Shown here: piece after piece, positions 24,623 through 34,497 of the stretch
Numbering within the stretch: the first letter of the stretch is position 1
How the letters are laid out: the number at the start of each line of letters is the position of its first letter
Source: a virus
Taxonomy: Duplodnaviria; Caudoviricetes
Length of the DNA stretch: 64,000 nucleotides
Direction: 5' to 3' (one strand)
Virus record (IMG/VR): IMGVR_UViG_3300037467_001237
Coordinates: 6,370-70,369 of that record
Program-made: the position numbers and the translations under genes
The notes under the pieces: generated by a model
Told to the model about the DNA's origin: nothing
Seen by the model: only the letters and a program-made list of their open reading frames with translations
Databases searched by the model: none

Positions 24623-27600
24623 ATGATCGCCTACATCGAACGCGCCGCCGGCAAGACCTTCCAGCTCCGCATCTGCGCCCGGCCCTGCAATGGCGCCGAG
24701 TACATGGCCGCTCCGACTGTCGCGGTCGCCGGCAAGCGCGAGGCCAATGCCTACTGCAAGGCGAACGGCATCAAGCCCTGGAATTTCTAAGCGCACCGAT
24801 GAGGGAGGCGGCGATGACGGACGAAGAGATCATCCGAGACCTTGAACGGCAGGTTCAGTCACTCGCAGATCAGCGCGACGACCTTTGCGCCGAGCGCGCC
24901 CGACTGCGCGAGGAACTGGCGTGGTACGGCGAGCAGGCTCGGCTCTGCCGCTTGATCCACAGCGAGGGCGATGCAGGGCGCGCCGCCCTAGACGCCGATG
25001 GCGGGAAGCGCGCCCGCGCCGCACTCGACCACAAGATCTAGTGTGTCGGCTTAGCGACCGTTTTTCACGACATCAGGAATGGAGCCTGCCGTGGCTGAGC
25101 TTGAGGACTACGAAAACCCGCCCGGCTACGGCGATACCATAGGCTTCGCGCAGGTTTGGCAGCCGATGGAAACGGCACCCAAGAGGCGGGGGGAGATGCG
25201 GACATTCCTGCTGATCGGCCGCTATCCGGGCGACCGTGGATGGTCCGACATCTATGCTGGATGGTGGGACGATCACGAGCGCAAGTGGATGCGCTGGCCT
25301 CATGCATTCCCGCCGACGCACTGGATGCCCGCGCCGTCGCCGCCCGCAACCTAAGCGACGTGTAGCGAAAGCGACCGTTTTGCCGACAGCGCGCCGGGGC
25401 GCCTCGGGAGCCGGCCGAAACGGCCCCGATCCTGTCGGGAAAACGTGTCGGCTTATCATCTGTCGAATAAACGGTATGCGAGAGGGAACCGACATGGACG
25501 CCGATGAGATCGGGCGCCGCATCGCCCTGCTGTTCAACCCGATGCCCGACATGAGCGGCAACAACCTCAACCGGCTGCACGGCGAGCAAAGGCGCAGGGT
25601 CGAGCGATTGGCCGCCGAGATCGTGGCCGAGCGGAACGAATGGGAGCAGGCCGCGAAGGTCGAGGCGAGCCAACGCCGTGACGCCCTCGCCCGTGCGGAG
25701 CGGCTGGAGGCCGAGATCGCCGGCCTGCGTACCGAACTTGAGACTGCCCAAAACACCATCCAGGCGATGGCAGCCCAGATCAATGGCCCCATAGCGCAAG
25801 AGGTCGCGCAGACCCAGCGGGAGATTGAAGAGCAGCGAAAGCGCCTGCGCGCCGGTCTCCGCAACCCGACCAAGAGATTTAGCCTGAAGGACTACCAGCC
25901 ATGACCACCGAGCTACCGGCCGACATCGCGGCGGCGATTGATGCGTTTGATGTCGCCGCGAAGGCTTGGGGGTGGGCGGAAGACATGGGCGTCGGCAGCG
26001 AGGCGGATGAAGCCAAGGCCGACCGTGATGCCGCCCGCGCCGCCCTCGACGCCGCCATCCTCGCCCATCTGAACGCCGCCGAGGCTGAGCGGGATGAGTG
26101 GAGACGGCGCTACGGCCTTTCCACTAACAAAGCCCTTGATGCCATCTCAGACCGAGACGCCGCCCTCGCCCGTGTGGAGCGGTTGGAGCAGGCCGCCAAA
26201 GCGGTCTTGGCCTACGTCGATGGCCTGCGGTTCGCCGACGATGTGGAGCCGGTGCAGTGCTACCGCGATCTGCGCGCCGCCCTGACCGACACCGAATGAT
26301 GGCGGAGACGGTAGAACCTAGCCGAGGGGATGAGATGGACGCGATCACGCCGCGGAAGTGGACCAAGCCGTCAACCAGGGCCGAGACGGCGCCCGCTCGC
26401 TTTCATGCGAAGTGGATCGGCGAGCCCAACAGTGGCTGTTGGCTGTGGGAGGCAGGGCTGGCCGGAAACAGCTACGCCAGTATGCATGACGGTGAGCGGA
26501 TATGCGGCGCGCATCACTTCTCATATCGGCTACATCACGGCTCCATCCCGAAAGGCATGTACGTCTGCCACTCCTGCGATACACCGATTTGCGTGAACCC
26601 GGATCACCTCTTTCTTGATACGCCGGCCGGCAACATGAATGACGCGCGCAAGAAGGGGCGGTCCGGACGGGTTATATTCACTGGAACCATCCGCTGGACT
26701 TAAAAGAAAAAGTCGTGGCCGATCAGCGCTCCTATGCTAAAGTCGCAGAAGAGTTTGGGCTAACCCCGTCGCAGGTTAAAAACATAAAGCTAAAAGCATC
26801 AAGAGATATTCGTAGGAAGCGCCTGCAAGAGCTAAAAGATGAGGCCAAAAGATTGCGTGATGCTCTCATTTACTTTTCCGAAATGGACGCCATGAACCCA
26901 CCATCAGGCATCCGGCCGGGTGACTGGCTTGCCGGCGTCACGAGCGCGCGGGCCGCCCTCAAGGGCGCCGAGTGAGACGGTAGAGCCCATACCAGGGAGG
27001 AAGCGATGAATGGCTACAAGCCCGTGAGCCTGGATGAGGTGCTGGCCCGGCTTCCGCCAGAGCGTCGGCAGAAGGTTGAGGAGCGCGCCCAAGCGCTGAT
27101 CGCGGAAGCGAACGGCGCCGTCGCATTCCCGCCCAGTCTCGCCGAACGAATGATGGACCTCACGCGGGATATCGAAGTCGATTTGGATGCCCCAATCGAC
27201 GGCCCTGTTTCGATCTAGTTCGATTTCTGGGATTACGGACGTTTCGGCAAGTAATTTTCAGGGAGAACAAGTTATGCCGGTCAGTCTTGGAACATTGCGC
27301 GAGATCGCAGACGACTTGGAATGTCTAGGCCAGGAAACAGACGCGGCGGCTGTACATGACGCAATCGCCGAAATCTCCGCCCTACGCGCCGCGCAAGTTG
27401 GGGCCGGTGATGGGGCCGAGAATGAGCGCGTTCGGCACCTGAAGCGCGGCACCGAGTACGAGGTGCTGTACCGTGGCGTTGAGCTTCAGATCTCCTATGC
27501 GCCCGTCATGGAAAGCAGCAAGCTCGCGATCTACCGGGGCGCCGATGGCAAGCTCTGGGCCCGCGAGGAGCAGGAATTTGACGATGGAAGGTTTGTCACT

Positions 27601-29089
27601 GTTAGGGCACGTGTTGGGGCCGGCGAGCGTCAAGCAACGGCGCCGGCCTGATACTTCAAGGGCTTAACAAGCATTCGGAAATTCTGGGATTTCCGCATAC
27701 CAAGGGGAGGACGATGCAGAACGTTGACAATCCATGGGCGCACAAGCCGCTCGCGCGGTTCAACCCGACCCGCACCGACAACCTGCGGCCCGAGTGGCAA
27801 GCCGTTGTCGGGCAGGTCACGACGTGGCGATACGCCGGCACACAGGACGAGGGCCAAGCCTACGCCGGGCAACAGACATGGCAAGCGGCCGACGATAGCG
27901 GCTTCCCGTTCCATTGGGTGCCCGCCGAGGATCTTGAGGAGGTCGAGAGTTAGACGGAAGCGATCTCCGCCATCAGGAAGGATCAAGGCATGAGCATGGA
28001 ATGCGGCCGTTGCGAAATCAGCCTGCGGGTGACGGAGTTGATCAAGAGCTGCGACGAGAAGGACTGCCCGTTCCGCCGCCTGGATCAGGATCGGATCGTT
28101 GGACCGCAGGCAAAGCCGCTGTCGGAACTGAGCTTCCGCGAGATGGCGACGCACTACAGCGACGGCGACGAATAGGGCGGAGGGGGCAGCGTCCGTGAGC
28201 GATTGGCAGACACGAAAGCGGGCCGGCTATCCGATCCGCGAGGATTGGGAAGCCGGGCGATGCCTCGGCCCCGACGATCTCGCAAGTCTAAGCGACGGGG
28301 AGCGCGTGTCCGTTGTTTGGGGCGGCGGGAACGGGCCGCACGTTTACACGGCCAAGAGCGAAGGCAGGCACGTTCTAGCCTGCGCCGATGGCGTCGAGCC
28401 GGGTTATCCCGGCGACCTATACTCACCGGCCTTTGCCGGGGCTCGCGGCCTCATCCTATGGGCGGAACGGGCCGAGTAGCGGAGGGGGCATCCGCCATCA
28501 GGGAGAAAGCCATGAGACCCATCAGCTACGAAGTACTCGGACGCCCTGTCACGATCTCACAGCGGCTCGCAACGCTGGATGCGAAGCTCGCTGCCCTTGA
28601 AGTCGGCAAAGCGAAGATGGTGGCAACGTCGCATTACGGTGAGCGCGAGTGGCTTGAGCGCCGCGCCCGATACGTCGCCGAGCGCGAGGAACTGCAACAG
28701 CGCATCGCCGCAGAGAATGGCAACCGGTGATAGGGCTTCCCTTATCACCTGCTCAGATTAACTCAGAGGGAACACAGATGCCGAAGTTCAGGAAGAAGCC
28801 GGTCGAGATCGAGGCGGTGCAGTTCAACCCGAACGCCCGTCCGTGGCACGAGATCGAGATGCCGGATGGGGTGCGGCATACGAGCTACGGAGAGGTTTCC
28901 CGGCTTTCCGGCGGGACAAGCGGATGCTCGGCGCATGAGCCTTATTGGGATTGGTCCGTCTGCGGCGTCGTAGAGACGCTAGAGGGCAACCATCTGGCGA
29001 TCCCTGGCGACTGGATCATCACCGGGGTCAAGGGCGAACGATACCCATGCAAGGCCGACATCTTCGCGGCCACCTACGATCCCGCCTAG
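24623..29089 (+). other. Rightward array of small phage ORFs (24623-24790, 24814-25041, 25079-25354 DUF551-like, 25494-25904, 25901-26299, 27006-27218, 27274-27651, 27714-27953, 27990-28175, 28195-28479, 28512-28730, 28778-29089)
   Basis: Co-oriented, RBS-preceded ORFs; WQPMETAPK/PTHWMP and KFRKKPVEIEAVQF are familiar phage motifs. Confidence 0.6.
26296..26975 (+). pseudogene. HNH (His-Me finger) endonuclease probably split by a frameshift near 26670
   Basis: GCWLWEAG, AHHFSY, VCHSCDTPICVNPDHL; HTH-like SYAKVAEEFGLTPSQVKNIK continues in the -1 frame. Confidence 0.6.
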
Positions 29090-29168
29090 CCGCCAGCCGG
29101 TGATAATCGCCCATTATCGGGCCCCGAAATCGGGAGCGGCTTCCGTGCTGAGCCCGACCGCAGAGACA

Positions 29169-29202
29169 GAAAAACCCGCCAGGCGATTAGGCCGGGCGGG
29201 TT
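29169..29202 (-). terminator. Intrinsic terminator where early and late units converge
   Basis: AACCCGCC...GGCGGGTT stem with an A-tract on its left (U-tract on minus). Confidence 0.6.
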
Positions 29203-29208
29203 CGGATT

Positions 29209-29559
29209 TCAGCTTCGGCCGCGATTGTCCTTGCCGAGTCCGCGCTGGACCATGGCGAGCAGGATCAGGAGGCTCGCAATCGCGTGCGCGAGATGGCTCT
29301 CGCCGGTCTCCGGGTCCTTGTCCTCGCCGCGCAGCCACGACGTCAGGTGACGCAACGTGGCGTTCCAGTAGCGCAGCCACTCGGTGCCCTTCTCCCAGTT
29401 GTTGGCTCCGTACTTCTCCGAGCCGTACTCAAGCACGCGGCTGACGGAGGCCAAGGCATCCCACGGGATCAGGTCGAAGGTCGGCTTGCCGGAGTCGTCT
29501 TTCTTGAAGGCCCCTTCCGGCATCGGGATCGGCTCCGCGCCGTCGAGCAGCTCGGACAT
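29209..29559 (-). CDS. dATP/dGTP diphosphohydrolase-domain (DUF5664-like) protein
   Basis: KDDSGKPTFDLIP, GSEKYGANNW, RHL, GESHLAHA. Confidence 0.8.
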   Translation of the reverse strand: MSELLDGAEPIPMPEGAFKKDDSGKPTFDLIPWDALASVSRVLEYGSEKYGANNWEKGTEWLRYWNATLRHLTSWLRGEDKDPETGESHLAHAIASLLILLAMVQRGLGKDNRGRS

Positions 29560-29573
29560 CTTGTATCGCTTGG

Positions 29574-30146
29574 TCACGCGACCCTCGCAAACTTGCCATT
29601 CATCGTGATGTCCGCCTGATGGCGCGCGGCGACCGCTTCTTCCATCGTGTCGAAGCGCCCGAGATGATAGCGCTTCCAATCCTTTTTGATGTAGGCCATC
29701 CACTTCTGACGACCTCGGTCAAAGTGGACGCCCTTCACGCCTGACTTGTTGCTCTTCGGCGCAGGGCGGTTGAAGCTGTTCTCGGAACGAGATGCCTCTC
29801 GCAGATTGGCGATCCGATTGTCGCCTTTGTCGCCGTTGATGTGGTCGGTGTCGACGCTCGGCAAACAACCGTAAACGTAGAGCCACGCCAGGCGATGCTC
29901 TGGGAATGTGCCGAACCCGGCGATGGCGATCATCCGATAGCCATAGGCGTTGACCCAGCAGGCGCGCTGGCCGGCATAGCGATCATTCCACTTCCTTACG
30001 GTCGCCAACTCCCGGCGGGGCGCCCCCTCCTCAAGAGGGCGGAGACGCCAAGTGAAAACCCCGGATGTCGGATCATACTCAAGCCTGCCCCAGAGCAGGG
30101 CTTGGCTTGGCGCCCTACGAGTACATTTCCCTGAGTTCGAGGACAT
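29574..30146 (-). CDS. HNH-AP2 homing endonuclease
   Basis: EHRLAWLY, DHINGDKGDNRIANLREA, SGVKGV, HLGRFDT. Confidence 0.88.
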   Translation of the reverse strand: MSSNSGKCTRRAPSQALLWGRLEYDPTSGVFTWRLRPLEEGAPRRELATVRKWNDRYAGQRACWVNAYGYRMIAIAGFGTFPEHRLAWLYVYGCLPSVDTDHINGDKGDNRIANLREASRSENSFNRPAPKSNKSGVKGVHFDRGRQKWMAYIKKDWKRYHLGRFDTMEEAVAARHQADITMNGKFARVA

Positions 30147-31209
30147 CGTAAAATCTGGCTCCGACTAACTGGCAATCCCGGATCGTGAGATCGACTATAC
30201 CATAGGTCCAGCCAGCAGTACCAGTAGTATAATCCTCGACCACCCCCCAAGGCATAGCTGTACCGAGATTGCAGACCCCAATGCGGTTGTCGTCACCGAT
30301 CTTCGGAACCTGCTTGAACCGGAAGCGATGATCGTGCCCCCACACCAGCGGGAAGGTGAGATCGTTGGCGATCGTGTTCTCAGAGTGCTTGCCGCCGTAG
30401 GGCTTTCCGACGAAGTTGATCGGAACGTGACAGAACCCGACGCCGCCGATCTTCACGATCTTGCCGTAGGCGTGCGTCTGCCAGCGGTAGCGCGCGAACA
30501 ACTGCTCAATGCGGAGCGGCAGATCACCCGCGACGTGCGGCTCTGCGTCTGCCCAGCGCCAGGCCCGGTGGCAATGATTGCCCAACGTCAAGGTCTGATG
30601 GACGCCGTCGGGCGCGTAGCGATGGAAGGCGTCCAAGCTGTCCTCGCCCGCCTCCAGATCTTCGGTGAATGAGGGGCGCTTGGCGTCGCGCTTCGAGCCC
30701 TTCACCTCATGCGCGGAGCAGCTATCCAGCGAGAGCCAGTCCCCGATCTGCACGTAGCCGTCAGGGCGCGTCGCCGCGGCGTGCCTGCCGGCCAGCAACA
30801 TCGTCTCGGTCGAGCGACCCGGCTTGGCGTGGACGTCGCCGATCCCAAGGATCCGCATCGTCTCGCCGTCACGGGGCGCCGGAGCGACACGGGGGCGCGT
30901 CCAGACGTAAGGTGCGGCGACAGGCTCCGGCTTTGCCCGCGGCGCTTCTGGCACAATGATCGGGTCAGCCTTGGCCGCCAGCGACCAGTCCGGCGCGAGG
31001 CCGAAGCGATGGTAGTGACGCCCTGGCACGTCCGGCGTGCCGACGCGCTCCCGAAAGCCGTTGCGGTCGACGCCGAGTTGGCGCGCCGCGACACGGATTG
31101 CGGAAGGCTTGGTCGAGCAGAAGCCCAGACCGCACCCTTCAGCCATGGCAGCATTCACCGCTGCGATCTCGCGCATCGCGAGTTCGCGCGCCCCGTCGAC
31201 CTCGGCCAT
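30115..31209 (-). CDS. Metallophosphoesterase (calcineurin-like) with N-terminal HTH-like region
   Basis: IGDVH, IGDW, LGNH, GHDH motifs. Confidence 0.8.
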   Translation of the reverse strand: MAEVDGARELAMREIAAVNAAMAEGCGLGFCSTKPSAIRVAARQLGVDRNGFRERVGTPDVPGRHYHRFGLAPDWSLAAKADPIIVPEAPRAKPEPVAAPYVWTRPRVAPAPRDGETMRILGIGDVHAKPGRSTETMLLAGRHAAATRPDGYVQIGDWLSLDSCSAHEVKGSKRDAKRPSFTEDLEAGEDSLDAFHRYAPDGVHQTLTLGNHCHRAWRWADAEPHVAGDLPLRIEQLFARYRWQTHAYGKIVKIGGVGFCHVPINFVGKPYGGKHSENTIANDLTFPLVWGHDHRFRFKQVPKIGDDNRIGVCNLGTAMPWGVVEDYTTGTAGWTYGIVDLTIRDCQLVGARFYDVLELREMYS

Positions 31210-31223
31210 CAGGCTTGCGTCCT

Positions 31224-31589
31224 TTAGAGGAGATTGAGTTTGTGTGCGATGGCGGTCGCGCCAGCGCCGATGAGGCCGATCCACGTCGTGATCAGACGGC
31301 GGGTGGCCCAGCGTTGATTGTCTTCCAGATCCTTGATCCGCCCCTCGTTGGTGCGGATGCGCTCGTGGACGCCCCCGAACCGCTCGGAGATCTCGGCGCG
31401 CGGGACGAATGTCTGGAGGGAGTTGCGAATGGCGTGACGCCACTCCTTGCTCTCGCGCTCCTCCGCCTCCTGGGTGGCGATGAGCCGAGCGACGGAGACC
31501 CGCAGCTCCGTCAGGATGGCGTTGTTTTCCGCCGTCGCCTCAAGCTGCGCTTGCAGCACCTCCGGCAGGTGCGGGGTAGTGTTGGGCAC
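31224..31589 (-). CDS. Coiled-coil protein with C-terminal TM (holin/XhlA-like)
   Basis: C-terminal hydrophobic LITTWIGLIGAGATAIA; lysis cassette context. Confidence 0.5.
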   Translation of the reverse strand: MPNTTPHLPEVLQAQLEATAENNAILTELRVSVARLIATQEAEERESKEWRHAIRNSLQTFVPRAEISERFGGVHERIRTNEGRIKDLEDNQRWATRRLITTWIGLIGAGATAIAHKLNLL

Positions 31590-31625
31590 GGGGGCGGTCC
31601 TTCGCCGTAAGAGGGGGGTCGGCGC

Positions 31626-31796
31626 TCAGTGCCCGCCGTCGTTGGGTTTCTCGCCCATGAGGATGCCGAGCAGCGTGCAGACAGCGGTGCCGCCCCAGAG
31701 GTACGATTGCGCGGCAGCCGGAGCGCCGGCCGACAGCGCGCCGAAGGCGGCCGCGAGCGCCGCCCAGGTGCTGGGCTCTTTCAGTCGAGCGATCAT
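31626..31796 (-). CDS. Putative holin (56 aa)
   Basis: Manual translation MIARLKEPSTWAALAAAFGAL...; two hydrophobic segments. Confidence 0.6.
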   Translation of the reverse strand: MIARLKEPSTWAALAAAFGALSAGAPAAAQSYLWGGTAVCTLLGILMGEKPNDGGH

Positions 31797-32203
31797 TTTC
31801 CGAAGATCCTGCGATAGGCGGCGACGCCGCCCGCGATGCCTGCGCCGGTCATGATGATCTTCACCTCAAGATCATCGAACGGCGCCGGGAGCTTGGCGAT
31901 CTGCCAGTTCAAATGAAAAATCGAGTCAATGATGATCGCCGCGAAGTGCAGGCTGCACAGTGCGAACACTTCCGGCAGCATCCAGACCGTCCACGCGCTC
32001 TCGGCGAGCTGCGCCCGCTCGCTGGCTGCGAGCTTCCGCACCTCGACCTGCGCGGCGATCTGCGCCTGGGCGACGGACACGTCCGCGCCGACGTTCTGGC
32101 CGTTGGTCAGGACCGCGTTGTTCGACTTCGCGGTGAAGTAGTTCATGACGCTGGAGACCAGCGGCCCGACCGCGTTGAAGACGATCCCGAGGATGGCGAG
32201 CAT
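31793..32203 (-). CDS. Lysis-cassette membrane protein
   Basis: Hydrophobic segments; coupled to the endolysin. Confidence 0.6.
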   Translation of the reverse strand: MLAILGIVFNAVGPLVSSVMNYFTAKSNNAVLTNGQNVGADVSVAQAQIAAQVEVRKLAASERAQLAESAWTVWMLPEVFALCSLHFAAIIIDSIFHLNWQIAKLPAPFDDLEVKIIMTGAGIAGGVAAYRRIFGK

Positions 32204-32778
32204 CAGGCGGCCTTTCTGGTGAACAGCGCGCGGACGCGGGCGAGGATGCCGGGGGCGGGCGCCGTGGCAGAGGTAACCTTGGCAACTTCGGCAACCGCAG
32301 CGACCGGCTTCTTGTCGCCCCGGCGGGCATAGACCTTGGCGCCATCATAGGACGCGAGCGCCGCCTGATCCCGCTCGCCCTGTCGGCGCGCGATGATCGC
32401 GGCCGGCTTGTTCCACATCAGTAACGCCTCGATCGCGGCCGGCAGGTTGCCGGCGTTGGCGAGCCGGACGACGCTGGAATGCGCGAAGTTGGCCGGGCCG
32501 ACGTTGTAGCAGAGGCTCACGCAGGCATCGAAGAACGGCTGCGGCACCGGCTTGGCGAGCGCCGCCCGGACCGGGGCGACGTACTTCTCGACAGCCTTGG
32601 CGAAGAGCGCGTCGCTCTGCGCAGCCGTGATCTTGAGGCCGGGCGTGACCGTGATCAGACCGGACGCCGTCGTGATCCCGACCCCGATCGTAAGGACCCC
32701 CACGGAGTCGCGATAGGCGGTCAGCACCTCGCCTTCGCGCGCCTTGAGGGCCGCGCGGCCGATCGGGGACAGATCCAT
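32203..32778 (-). CDS. Endolysin, GH24 lysozyme
   Basis: E-x8-D-x5-T triad in REGEVLTAYRDSVGVLTIG; SLCYNVG. Confidence 0.92.
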   Translation of the reverse strand: MDLSPIGRAALKAREGEVLTAYRDSVGVLTIGVGITTASGLITVTPGLKITAAQSDALFAKAVEKYVAPVRAALAKPVPQPFFDACVSLCYNVGPANFAHSSVVRLANAGNLPAAIEALLMWNKPAAIIARRQGERDQAALASYDGAKVYARRGDKKPVAAVAEVAKVTSATAPAPGILARVRALFTRKAA

Positions 32779-32779
32779 G

Positions 32780-33118
32780 TCAGGCTCCGAGGATGGTCAG
32801 GATGAGGGCGACTGCGGCGCTGGAGCCGGCGGCGACGCCCCACTGCTGCGCGTTGGAGATGTCCCACTTGAAGATGAACTCGGCGCCGAGCCACGCCATC
32901 ACGCCCGAGGTCGGCGGCGTCATGTGCTTCAGGTCGTGCTCGCGCTGTCCGGCCTCGCGTCCGTAAAAAAACGTGCTCACGATCAGCGCGGCGATGATCT
33001 GGCCGTGCGCAACGTGGACGAGGCCGAGCACGGTCGAGATGAGCAGCGTGTAGGCCGCCGCGAGCAGGGTATGCGTCACCAGCGGCCGGGCGAGGAGCCA
33101 CGTGATCGGGTTGGTCAT
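32780..33118 (-). CDS. Membrane protein
   Basis: Multiple hydrophobic segments; upstream of the endolysin. Confidence 0.6.
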   Translation of the reverse strand: MTNPITWLLARPLVTHTLLAAAYTLLISTVLGLVHVAHGQIIAALIVSTFFYGREAGQREHDLKHMTPPTSGVMAWLGAEFIFKWDISNAQQWGVAAGSSAAVALILTILGA

Positions 33119-33267
33119 GACACGACCTTTCGCCGCGGTCGCCGTTGGGCGACCACGGTTGCTCTGGTTGCGGGAAAAGGATGGGGTGTTGTGGCGCCTA
33201 ACCGACGCGGGCGAACTCGCCAATCTCAATGCAGATCCGGCAGATCCGGAGCCCGTGGCTTGCTGGT

Positions 33268-33834
33268 CTACACGTGAGCCCAGCCCTTCCCTCTACGGAT
33301 GCTCTGGATCAGGCTGATTGACACGCCAAATCGGCCAGCCAGATCTTTGCTAGATGATCTCTTGTCGAAGGGGTGCTCACGAATGAGGCGCACCGCTTCT
33401 TCATTTAACTTTGAGCGTTTATGGAGGCTGCCTAGAGGACGGGTTCCGGCCGCTGTTTTGTCGGCCTCGTTCTCGATCTGTGTCGCCCAACGGAGATTGT
33501 CGGGCCGGTTGTTGCTCCGGTCGTTATCTTTGTGCGCGGCGTGATGACGGGACGACGGTGCGCAGCCGTGAAAGGTCTCGCAGATAAGGCGATTGAGCCT
33601 TACGGCGCAGAGTTTACCGTCCCGCCTAACCCCGACCTGCCAGTAGCCGGATTTTCGCTGGATCGGCTTCAGCGGTCGGCCCGCCGCTGTATTGATGGAG
33701 GCCGTTCGACGCCGGACCCGTCCGAACGAGGACGCTTCGTAATCCGGAAACGCCGGGCAGATGCGCCACTCCTCGTCGTGGCGCTCATCTGCTTGCGCAT
33801 GGGTTTGCGGGCGTGCGAAAGCATCGTCAGCCAT
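33268..33834 (-). CDS. NUMOD4-HNH endonuclease
   Basis: WRICPAFPDYEASSFGRVR, HKDNDRSNNRPDNLRWAT. Confidence 0.88.
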   Translation of the reverse strand: MADDAFARPQTHAQADERHDEEWRICPAFPDYEASSFGRVRRRTASINTAAGRPLKPIQRKSGYWQVGVRRDGKLCAVRLNRLICETFHGCAPSSRHHAAHKDNDRSNNRPDNLRWATQIENEADKTAAGTRPLGSLHKRSKLNEEAVRLIREHPFDKRSSSKDLAGRFGVSISLIQSIRRGKGWAHV

Positions 33835-33916
33835 TCACCTGCTCCATAGGTGGCTGGTTAGGGGCATGTCGCTGTTACCAGCAGCGACATGCCCCGCTCT
33901 TATACCCTTTTTGTTC

Positions 33917-34405
33917 TCACCTGTCTCTAGAGATCGGCCCGAAGCGACGGTCGTATTCGACCGTCCAATCCGGCATGAACCACGCCTGACCTTCCGCGGG
34001 GGTGATCTCGCCGGAGCAGACGAGGCGCTTGCAGAGCCCCTCCAGACGGTTCTTGTCTTTCTGGTTGTAGGGACCGGCGCCTTTCTGCGGAAACAGGTTA
34101 TCGACCACGTCCGCGCCGCCGCATTCGAGTGGGATGACATGATCGACGGCGCACCCGACATTACCTGCGCACCAGCCGGACTTGTGAGTCTTCAAGCCGT
34201 ACAGCCGATAGACGCCGTTTTTCTCGGCGGCCGTCGTGTGTCGGCGCTCGCTCGTCTTGTGATGGCAGATGATGTCGAGATCCTGCGTGGCGGCCCGGCC
34301 CGGGGTCAGCTTCGGGTCCGGCCGGGTGCCGTCGCTGTCGGCCACTGCCAACGCAGAGCTGGAGAGCGCGCAGGCGAACGCCAGCGCCGCCAGGAAGCGG
34401 TTCAT
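33917..34405 (-). CDS. Signal-peptide-bearing HNH-fold protein
   Basis: MNRFLAALAFACALSSSALA; DHVIPLECGGADVVDNLFPQ. Confidence 0.7.
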   Translation of the reverse strand: MNRFLAALAFACALSSSALAVADSDGTRPDPKLTPGRAATQDLDIICHHKTSERRHTTAAEKNGVYRLYGLKTHKSGWCAGNVGCAVDHVIPLECGGADVVDNLFPQKGAGPYNQKDKNRLEGLCKRLVCSGEITPAEGQAWFMPDWTVEYDRRFGPISRDR

Positions 34406-34497
34406 CGGGCTCTCTCGGGTAAGGGGAGGCCGGGCGCTCAGCCGCCCGGCGTCAGATCACCCGCCCCCGCCTTGGTGTGCGGGGAGCGGGAGGCAGG

